Assembly: GCA_043228905.1 (NCBI GenBank)
Contig: JBHGNT010000018.1
Location: forward strand, 6,386,001 to 6,450,000
Origin: Azolla caroliniana
Taxonomy: Eukaryota; Plantae; Polypodiophyta
Reading direction: 5' to 3'
Length of the DNA stretch: 64,000 nt
The position numbers were made by a program, and so were the translations under genes. Each line of letters begins with the position of its first letter. Within the stretch, counting starts at the first letter, position 1. Of this stretch, positions 1 to 8,712 are shown piece by piece. The notes under the pieces are model-generated. The model was not told where the DNA came from. It did not search any database and saw only the letters and a list, made by a program, of their open reading frames with translations.

Positions 1-678
1 TGAATATACCTTATGCCTCTGCTGTCGGGAGCTTGATGTACGCAATGCTATGTACCTGGTTGGATATCGGATATGCAGTCGGAATGGTGAGCCGGTTCAT
101 GAGCAATCCCGACAAAGAGCACTAGAACGCGGTCAAGTGGATACTCCGGTACTTGAAAGGCACTGTGAGTATGTGCCTCAAGTTCGGCTCATGTATCCCC
201 AACTTGACGTATTGACAGGTTCGGATATGTCGGGTGATGCGGATACCAGCTGGTCTACATCCGGATATTTCATGACTTATGCAGGGGGAGTTGTCTCGTG
301 GCAATCGAGGCTGCAGAAGACGGTTGCATCGTCAACCATGGAGGCAGAGTACATGGCAGTTGTGGAAGCTAGCAAGGAGATAATCTGGATGAAGGACTTC
401 ATCGGAGAGCTAGGGACCCAATAGGAGGAATACCGGCTCTACCGTGACAGTCAAAGTGTCATCCACCTTGCAAAGAAAGCGGCCTACCATTCTCAGATGA
501 AACATATCAAACGGAGGTACCACTGGATCTGGGAGAGAGTATAAGGTCAAGAGTTCGTGCTGACGAAGATCCACACGGAGGAGAACAGATCAGATATGCT
601 GACCAAGGTGTTGACGACTGACAAGCTGGACGCGTGCCGAAAGCGGATTGGGCTGACAAGACATCCCATGGCGGAGTG
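1..678 (+). pseudogene. Ty1/Copia (family A) RT C-terminus and RNase H, degenerate, cut by window edge
   Basis: Translates to PYASAVGSLMY...SDMSGDADTSWSTSGY..YAGGVVSWQSRLQKTVA.ST.EAEYMA...KHIKRRYHWI. In-frame stops. Followed by polypurine tract GAAGGGGGAGA. Confidence 0.93.
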
Positions 679-689
679 AAGGGGGAGAT

Positions 690-1185
690 TGTTGGGAAAT
701 CGGTTCCTCCAAATGGGATCTGATTATGAATGAAGAGATTTGGAAACCGGATCGGATGGACCTGGTGGGAATCGGAAGTGAAGACATATTTGTAAATATG
801 TTTTGAGTAAGTCTATTGAGGCTATATTTGTAAATAACCCTAAGTACATAATTATAAATATGACTTAGGGCAATCACTTTAGTGTGGTGGTTGTGTTATT
901 GTCATATAGTTGTTGTACAGAGAGAGAGGAGATACAGAGTTATACTTTGTTGTAAGCACCGGTCGGCGAAGATACAGAGTAGGAGGTCATTGCCTCTGAG
1001 TCTCTGATTGTACCTTTCTCATATAGTGATAGTTTGGAGTCTGTGGACTCCCGTGGTTTTTCCTTATTAGGGCTTTCCACGTAAACATTCTGTGTACTCT
1101 TTACTTCCCATTTCTGTGTTTCATTCCCATTACTGTGATTCAAGACTTGGTTGTGGCTGAGGAATATTCCGCGCTATTCTTCACA
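690..1185 (+). repeat. Copia family A LTR shared between two tandem elements
   Basis: TGTTGGG...TCACA termini. PPT immediately upstream (678-689). PBS-like CGGTATTAGAG (tRNA-Met type) immediately downstream. Internal motifs match the other family A LTRs. Confidence 0.88.
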
Positions 1186-1215
1186 ATCCGGTATTAGAGA
1201 AAATAACACAGGAAA

Positions 1216-1581
1216 TGGAAGAGTCATTCGGCGACATGTTCAAGCTCATCGGATCCAACTAATCAGTGTGGAAGTCAAAGATGAGGGATATGTTGGTGGT
1301 TAAAGCTCTTTGGTTTCCGGTTCAGTTCGGGGACAAGAGACCGAATAAGATTGATGCCGCGGCATGGGAAGTGATGCACATGAAGACGACAACATACATC
1401 CGGTGCTTCATCGACATGAGCCTATACACCAACTTCAATGAAGAAAGTAAAGCTCATGAACTCTGGGAGAAGATCGACATCATGTTCCAGAACAAGAATG
1501 CTGTTAATCGGGTTTCAGTATTCCGGAAGCTAGTGAGGCTCCGGTACCAGGACGTCTCTAGTATGGCGGAGCACATGAATA
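1216..1581 (+). pseudogene. Copia family A gag N-terminal fragment, truncated by a deletion junction
   Basis: MEESFGDMFKLIGSN*SVWKSKMRDMLVVK...SSMAEHMN, homologous to gag at 17066 and 39835. Homology stops abruptly at about 1581. Confidence 0.9.
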
Positions 1582-1787
1582 CCCTCCGCGTTGCCTTGGA
1601 AGAGTCCTCGATAGCGAATGTGGTCTTCAACGCTTCTTCAAACGCTTTCCACGTCGGATTGTGTTGTCGTATCCCGTGTATACTCCCTTGAAGCCCGTCC
1701 GTAGCCACCCAATTGAAGGATGTCACTTGTAATTCTTCCGATATTCCGCACCATAGCATCTCCGCCTTGTAGTCCCGCAAATAACGT

Positions 1788-2449
1788 TGTTGTGAAGGAT
1801 TTGCTTTACGATATAAAAATAAACTTGAATATTGTATTAAGTAACATTTGAGAGACTTGAACCCATAACCTCATACACGAAGGATGAAGCATATACCAGT
1901 AAGATAAGTTATTTTCTATAGTTATGTTTTTATCATACTTATGACATGTGTATCTTCATACATTAGAGCTTAGATAAGCATGATGGCTATCATGCATCAC
2001 ATGTAAAGCATGTGCGCCAAATGGCGATCATGCATCACATGCATCACATGCATTACATGCACCCCTGTATCATCATATGCATGAGAGAACCTATAAAGAG
2101 AGGCAAGGAATGAAGGGATGAAAAAAGGGAAAACAAGGTAATCAATCAAAGAAGAGAAAGTGGGAGAAAAGAATCTAAGCAAGTATTGAAGATATCTTAT
2201 TCGGTGAAGAACCTCGCGTTTCAAAGTGGAAGTCGTGGGTGCAAATCAAGGGTCGGTATTGAAAAGATTCATCTTGCGATCAAGGATTGTAAAGTTGGTA
2301 AAATATTATATTTTTAATATACATCATGTTTATATCATATACTCTTGTTCTTTGAATCATAGTTTGTCTCAATCTTCTTTCTAGAATCATACTTTGTCTC
2401 AATCTTCTTTCTTGAATCATACATTGTCTCTATCTTTTAACTATGCTTG

Positions 2450-2515
<66 letters not shown>

Positions 2516-2651
2516 TACTCATAACTCTTGTTCTTACTATCCTTGACCATTCTATCATCACCATACAAGCCTTATTAAAAGTTAAGTTCCTTCAACTCCC
2601 GTTAACCTTAGACTCCGCGACTTCGCCGCACGAACCACAACTACCCCGACA
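1788..2651 (+). repeat. Array LTR1 (original 5' LTR)
   Basis: TGTTG...CGACA, 864 bp, contains a (CT)n(CA)n microsatellite, followed by CATT and the PBS. Confidence 0.93.
1815..1906 (-). promoter_or_regulatory. Antisense tRNA-like Pol III cassette in LTR U3 (also in LTR2-4)
   Basis: Minus strand: A-box-like TATCTTACTGG (1906-1896), GAGGTTATG, B-box-like GGTTCAAGTCT (1863-1853) starting 43 nt after the A box, then TTTTT (1819-1815). Confidence 0.55.
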
Positions 2652-2655
2652 CATT

Positions 2656-2672
2656 TGGTGAACCCGACGTGA
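2656..2672 (+). promoter_or_regulatory. Primer binding site complementary to tRNA-Trp 3' end (repeated at 5637-5653 and 8618-8634)
   Basis: TGGTGAACCCGACGTGA is the reverse complement of ...TCACGTCGGGTTCACCA, the plant cytosolic tRNA-Trp 3' end as I recall it. It lies 4 nt after the LTR. Confidence 0.85.
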
Positions 2673-2750
2673 AGGCGGCGATGAGGAGAAATGGAGGAGC
2701 AAATGAGGCTTATGTGTACGATGATGGAACGAGTGATGCAGGAATAGGGG

Positions 2751-4676
2751 ATGATGACAAGTATCGACAAAACCGTCGACAATATTCTTGCACGAGTAGG
2801 AATCTTCGAAGGTATAAATTTAACAAGATTTCTGAAGATTTATAATGAAGAAATGCTTAAACGTGGTGTCGACGAAGCTGCAAAAATTAATAGCTTTAGT
2901 CGAGTCGCTGCAATTGGGCTACAAGAGAGGATCCAAGAGCTCCAGAGGGAACATCAGACACGGGCGACTTTCGAAAGAGCATTGCTAAATGAATACAACC
3001 TCAACGATATGTCAAGGATGACAAGGCGAGCTGTCATGGATTGGGTAGAGTCTAATAAACATTTAAGTGTTTTGGAAGTATTAAAAGAGTTTTCTGAAAG
3101 ATTTGAGCAACTAAATGTTAGAGATAGAAATATAATAGTGCCAGATAAAGTAATATTGTTTCTACAAGCTACTAATATTAAAGATAGGAAGGACTTGGGA
3201 ATGCTTTTAGAAGATCAGAATAGTCCAAGTGGACTTACTGAAGACTGGGAGGAGGTGAAAAGGACGTGTGCCCATTTCTGCAAAAGAAAGTTATGGTTTA
3301 TGGAGTTGCCCGACAGAAATGATGAAGAAATGGGGAATGAGTCGGGAGAAAAGAAAGTAGAAGAATCACTCTTACACGAATTGGTGAAAGGCATGAAAGA
3401 CTTGTCGATCAAAGTGACAAAGCTAGAATCGGGACAAAGCTCGACTTCATCAAGGCAGGGAGGTGGAATGGTTCGAAGGTGTATGTGGTGTGATAGTATC
3501 GACCACGAGAAGAAAGATTGTCAAGAGCATAGGGATGCTCTTAATCATAATAAAATCTACTATAAAGATGACAAGATTCACTCGACAGAGACTCGACAAC
3601 CACTTCAACTCAATTTCGAGCGAGGAGGAATGAAAAAGCTAATGGAAGATGCCGAGAGAGAAATGGCTCAAGCGATACAATCCCTGGCAACCTTAGGGTT
3701 GCGCGTAGAAGACTCATATGGTGGATCTGGCTTTTGGCAAGATGTGATGGATTATGCAAGAAAAGAGAAGGTTCAAGTGGATGAATTAAAAAGAGCGGGA
3801 GATGAAATATGGAACTTCACTGGATGGAATGATCCAGTAGACACACTATCAGCATTTGCCCAAGTGAATGTACAAGATGCACTAGTGGAAGAGAAGCGAA
3901 AGAGAGTTGAGGAGGCTGATTCGGCAAAGAAACATGATACACAAGAACAACTTCAGAGAAGAAAGATGGAAAAGGATGCTCCTGAGTCAAAAGAAGCTAA
4001 TAAAGTCAAAGGGAAGACAAACCCAACTTTTAAGCTTGTTTCGGACATAGAAGCCACGACAGATATAAAACATGTCATGGAAGAAGTTACGAGAGAGTGT
4101 GTAGCAACAAGTCTCCAAGATTTGGATCATGAATCCATCAATGTTGCAGGTGTAAAGAAGATAAATGATGTTGGCATTCATGAAGGGGATAGGAGTCATT
4201 ATACAAAGAACCATTGGGCTCAAGCAACAACGGAGGCGCCTACAAAAATTATGGAGCAACAGATTCCTTGTATTGCTTTGATGGATCATGGATCAGAAAT
4301 TAACATGATGTCATCAGAATGTTGTGCTCAAGGAAGGTGGCCAATCTATAAGAATCATGGTTCGAAGAAAAGAGTTGCAACAAAGATGATGGAGGATCTA
4401 TTTGGAGCATGTCCTAATGTGAAAGCAACGATGGGAGATGTGTCGGTGGATGAAAATTACTATGTGCAAGATGGATCAACCTACCCCGTCATCCTTGGTC
4501 AACTATACATCAACGTAGTGAGTATGGAAACAAAGGATGGTGAACCATACATCAACGTAGTAAGGATGGAAACAACTGTGATTAATGATGATTCAACTTT
4601 TGCGAGGATCAAGAGTCAGGATGGACGGAAGAGGGACCATATCTTAACCATGACGCCTAACCATGAAAGAAAATAA
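2751..4676 (+). CDS. Gag plus aspartic protease polyprotein, copy 1 (no RT, RNase H or integrase)
   Basis: 641-aa ORF with CX2CX4HX4C knuckle CMWCDSIDHEKKDC (3480-3521), retropepsin-like ALMDHGSEINMM and PVILG motifs. Likely ancestral ATG at 2691 is cut off by an in-frame TAG at 2745-2747. Confidence 0.85.
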   Translation: MMTSIDKTVDNILARVGIFEGINLTRFLKIYNEEMLKRGVDEAAKINSFSRVAAIGLQERIQELQREHQTRATFERALLNEYNLNDMSRMTRRAVMDWVESNKHLSVLEVLKEFSERFEQLNVRDRNIIVPDKVILFLQATNIKDRKDLGMLLEDQNSPSGLTEDWEEVKRTCAHFCKRKLWFMELPDRNDEEMGNESGEKKVEESLLHELVKGMKDLSIKVTKLESGQSSTSSRQGGGMVRRCMWCDSIDHEKKDCQEHRDALNHNKIYYKDDKIHSTETRQPLQLNFERGGMKKLMEDAEREMAQAIQSLATLGLRVEDSYGGSGFWQDVMDYARKEKVQVDELKRAGDEIWNFTGWNDPVDTLSAFAQVNVQDALVEEKRKRVEEADSAKKHDTQEQLQRRKMEKDAPESKEANKVKGKTNPTFKLVSDIEATTDIKHVMEEVTRECVATSLQDLDHESINVAGVKKINDVGIHEGDRSHYTKNHWAQATTEAPTKIMEQQIPCIALMDHGSEINMMSSECCAQGRWPIYKNHGSKKRVATKMMEDLFGACPNVKATMGDVSVDENYYVQDGSTYPVILGQLYINVVSMETKDGEPYINVVRMETTVINDDSTFARIKSQDGRKRDHILTMTPNHERK

Positions 4677-4777
4677 GGATGCTTGAGGGGACATCCAGTT
4701 CAGAAACGGAATGAAGAGTTTTTCCAAGACTTTGGATGAACTTTGCACAACTAGTGTGCAAGTTCAGAGGGGGTGGG

Positions 4778-5430
4778 TGTCGTGAAGGATTTGCTTAACG
4801 ATATAAAAATAAACTTGAATATTGTATTAAGTAACATTTGAGAGACTTGAACCCATAACCTCACACACCAAGGACGAAGCATATACCATTAGGATAAGTT
4901 ATTTTCTATGGTTATGTTTTAAACATACTTATGACATGTGTATCTTCATACATTAGAGCTTAGATAAGCATGATGGCTATCATGCATCACATGTAAAGCA
5001 TGTGTGCCAAATGGCGATCATGCATCACATGCATCACATGCACCCCCATATCATCATATGCATGAGAGAACCTATAAAGAGAGGCAAGGAATTAAGGGAT
5101 GAAAAAAGGGAAAACAAGGTTATCAATCAAAGAAGAGAAAGTTGGAGAAAAGAATCTAAGCAAGTATTGAAGATATCTTATTCGGTGAAGAACCTCGCGT
5201 TTCAAAGTGGAAATCATGGGTTCAAATCAAGGGTCGGTATTGAAAAGATTCATCTTGCGATCAAGGATTGTAAAGTTGGTAAAATATTATATTTTTAATA
5301 TACATCATGTTTATATCATATACTCTTGTTCTTTGAATCATAATTTGTCTCAATCTTCTTTCTAGAATCATACTTTGTCTCAATCTTCTTTCTTGAATCA
5401 TACATTGTCTCTATCTTTTAACTATGCTTG

Positions 5431-5496
<66 letters not shown>

Positions 5497-5632
5497 TACT
5501 CATAACTCTTGTTCTTACTATCCTTGACCATTCTATCATCACCATACAAGCCTTATTAAAAGTTAAGTTCCTTCAACTCCCGTTAACCTTAGACTCCGCG
5601 ACTTCGCCGCACGAACCACAACTACCCCGACA
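4778..5632 (+). repeat. Array LTR2 (chimeric 3'/5' LTR)
   Basis: Matches LTR4 variants up to 5343 and LTR1 variants from 5421 onward. Confidence 0.92.
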
Positions 5633-5731
5633 CATTTGGTGAACCCGACGTGAAGGCGGCGATGAGGAGAAATGGAGGAGCAAATGAGGCTTATGTGTAC
5701 GATGATGGAACGAGTGATGCAGGAATAGGGG

Positions 5732-7657
5732 ATGATGACAAGTATCGACAAAACCGTCGACAATATTCTTGCACGAGTAGGAATCTTCGAAGGTATAAAT
5801 TTAACAAGATTTCTGAAGATTTATAATGAAGAAATGCTTAAACGTGGTGTCGACGAAGCTGCAAAAATTAATAGCTTTAGTCGAGTCGCTGCAATTGGGC
5901 TACAAGAGAGGATCCAAGAGCTCCAGAGGGAACATCAGACACGGGCGACTTTCGAAAGAGCATTGCTAAATGAATACAACCTCAACGATATGTCAAGGAT
6001 GACAAGGCGAGCTGTCATGGATTGGGTAGAGTCTAATAAACATTTAAGTGTTTTGGAAGTATTAAAAGAGTTTTCTGAAAGATTTGAGCAACTAAATGTT
6101 AGAGATAGAAATATAATAGTGCCAGATAAAGTAATATTGTTTCTACAAGCTACTAATATTAAAGATAGGAAGGACTTGGGAATGCTTTTAGAAGATCAGA
6201 ATAGTCCAAGTGGACTTACTGAAGACTGGGAGGAGGTGAAAAGGACGTGTGCCCATTTCTGCAAAAGAAAGTTATGGTTTATGGAGTTGCCCGACAGAAA
6301 TGATGAAGAAATGGGGAATGAGTCGGGAGAAAAGAAAGTAGAAGAATCACTCTTACACGAATTGGTGAAAGGCATGAAAGACTTGTCGATCAAAGTGACA
6401 AAGCTAGAATCGGGACAAAGCTCGACTTCATCAAGGCAGGGAGGTGGAATGGTTCGAAGGTGTATGTGGTGTGATAGTATCGACCACGAGAAGAAAGATT
6501 GTCAAGAGCATAGGGATGCTCTTAATCATAATAAAATCTACTATAAAGATGACAAGATTCACTCGACAGAGACTCGACAACCACTTCAACTCAATTTCGA
6601 GCGAGGAGGAATGAAAAAGCTAATGGAAGATGCCGAGAGAGAAATGGCTCAAGCGATACAATCCCTGGCAACCTTAGGGTTGCGCGTAGAAGACTCATAT
6701 GGTGGATCTGGCTTTTGGCAAGATGTGATGGATTATGCAAGAAAAGAGAAGGTTCAAGTGGATGAATTAAAAAGAGCGGGAGATGAAATATGGAACTTCA
6801 CTGGATGGAATGATCCAGTAGACACACTATCAGCATTTGCCCAAGTGAATGTACAAGATGCACTAGTGGAAGAGAAGCGAAAGAGAGTTGAGGAGGCTGA
6901 TTCGGCAAAGAAACATGATACACAAGAACAACTTCAGAGAAGAAAGATGGAAAAGGATGCTCCTGAGTCAAAAGAAGCTAATAAAGTCAAAGGGAAGACA
7001 AACCCAACTTTTAAGCTTGTTTCGGACATAGAAGCCACGACAGATATAAAACATGTCATGGAAGAAGTTACGAGAGAGTGTGTAGCAACAAGTCTCCAAG
7101 ATTTGGATCATGAATCCATCAATGTTGCAGGTGTAAAGAAGATAAATGATGTTGGCATTCATGAAGGGGATAGGAGTCATTATACAAAGAACCATTGGGC
7201 TCAAGCAACAACGGAGGCGCCTACAAAAATTATGGAGCAACAGATTCCTTGTATTGCTTTGATGGATCATGGATCAGAAATTAACATGATGTCATCAGAA
7301 TGTTGTGCTCAAGGAAGGTGGCCAATCTATAAGAATCATGGTTCGAAGAAAAGAGTTGCAACAAAGATGATGGAGGATCTATTTGGAGCATGTCCTAATG
7401 TGAAAGCAACGATGGGAGATGTGTCGGTGGATGAAAATTACTATGTGCAAGATGGATCAACCTACCCCGTCATCCTTGGTCAACTATACATCAACGTAGT
7501 GAGTATGGAAACAAAGGATGGTGAACCATACATCAACGTAGTAAGGATGGAAACAACTGTGATTAATGATGATTCAACTTTTGCGAGGATCAAGAGTCAG
7601 GATGGACGGAAGAGGGACCATATCTTAACCATGACGCCTAACCATGAAAGAAAATAA
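5732..7657 (+). CDS. Gag plus aspartic protease polyprotein, copy 2
   Basis: Translation identical to 2751-4676 in the ORF track. Confidence 0.85.
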   Translation: MMTSIDKTVDNILARVGIFEGINLTRFLKIYNEEMLKRGVDEAAKINSFSRVAAIGLQERIQELQREHQTRATFERALLNEYNLNDMSRMTRRAVMDWVESNKHLSVLEVLKEFSERFEQLNVRDRNIIVPDKVILFLQATNIKDRKDLGMLLEDQNSPSGLTEDWEEVKRTCAHFCKRKLWFMELPDRNDEEMGNESGEKKVEESLLHELVKGMKDLSIKVTKLESGQSSTSSRQGGGMVRRCMWCDSIDHEKKDCQEHRDALNHNKIYYKDDKIHSTETRQPLQLNFERGGMKKLMEDAEREMAQAIQSLATLGLRVEDSYGGSGFWQDVMDYARKEKVQVDELKRAGDEIWNFTGWNDPVDTLSAFAQVNVQDALVEEKRKRVEEADSAKKHDTQEQLQRRKMEKDAPESKEANKVKGKTNPTFKLVSDIEATTDIKHVMEEVTRECVATSLQDLDHESINVAGVKKINDVGIHEGDRSHYTKNHWAQATTEAPTKIMEQQIPCIALMDHGSEINMMSSECCAQGRWPIYKNHGSKKRVATKMMEDLFGACPNVKATMGDVSVDENYYVQDGSTYPVILGQLYINVVSMETKDGEPYINVVRMETTVINDDSTFARIKSQDGRKRDHILTMTPNHERK

Positions 7658-7758
7658 GGATGCTTGAGGGGACATCCAGTTCAGAAACGGAATGAAGAGT
7701 TTTTCCAAGACTTTGGATGAACTTTGCACAACTAGTGTGCAAGTTCAGAGGGGGTGGG

Positions 7759-8411
7759 TGTCGTGAAGGATTTGCTTAACGATATAAAAATAAACTTGAA
7801 TATTGTATTAAGTAACATTTGAGAGACTTGAACCCATAACCTCACACACCAAGGACGAAGCATATACCATTAGGATAAGTTATTTTCTATGGTTATGTTT
7901 TAAACATACTTATGACATGTGTATCTTCATACATTAGAGCTTAGATAAGCATGATGGCTATCATGCATCACATGTAAAGCATGTGTGCCAAATGGCGATC
8001 ATGCATCACATGCATCACATGCACCCCCATATCATCATATGCATGAGAGAACCTATAAAGAGAGGCAAGGAATTAAGGGATGAAAAAAGGGAAAACAAGG
8101 TTATCAATCAAAGAAGAGAAAGTTGGAGAAAAGAATCTAAGCAAGTATTGAAGATATCTTATTCGGTGAAGAACCTCGCGTTTCAAAGTGGAAATCATGG
8201 GTTCAAATCAAGGGTCGGTATTGAAAAGATTCATCTTGCGATCAAGGATTGTAAAGTTGGTAAAATATTATATTTTTAATATACATCATGTTTATATCAT
8301 ATACTCTTGTTCTTTGAATCATAATTTGTCTCAATCTTCTTTCTAGAATCATACTTTGTCTCAATCTTCTTTCTTGAATCATACATTGTCTCTATCTTTT
8401 AACTATGCTTG

Positions 8412-8477
<66 letters not shown>

Positions 8478-8613
8478 TACTCATAACTCTTGTTCTTACT
8501 ATCCTTGACCATTCTATCATCACCATACAAGCCTTATTAAAAGTTAAGTTCCTTCAACTCCCGTTAACCTTAGACTCCGCGACTTCGCCGCACGAACCAC
8601 AACTACCCCGACA
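7759..8613 (+). repeat. Array LTR3 (chimeric, same as LTR2)
   Basis: Offset of exactly 2981 from LTR2, same diagnostic variants. Confidence 0.92.
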
Positions 8614-8712
8614 CATTTGGTGAACCCGACGTGAAGGCGGCGATGAGGAGAAATGGAGGAGCAAATGAGGCTTATGTGTACGATGATGGAACGAGTGATG
8701 CAGGAATAGGGG

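Noticed and set aside
1266-1780. Novel overlapping ORF pair
   Set aside because: Chimeric read-through across a deletion junction between Copia gag (+) and Gypsy gag (-).
2443-2661. HTHTHT ORFs (also 5424, 8405, 11386) and 98-aa ORFs at 5002, 7983, 10964
   Set aside because: They lie within LTRs. The first set translates (CT)n(CA)n and the second is not kept open in LTR1.
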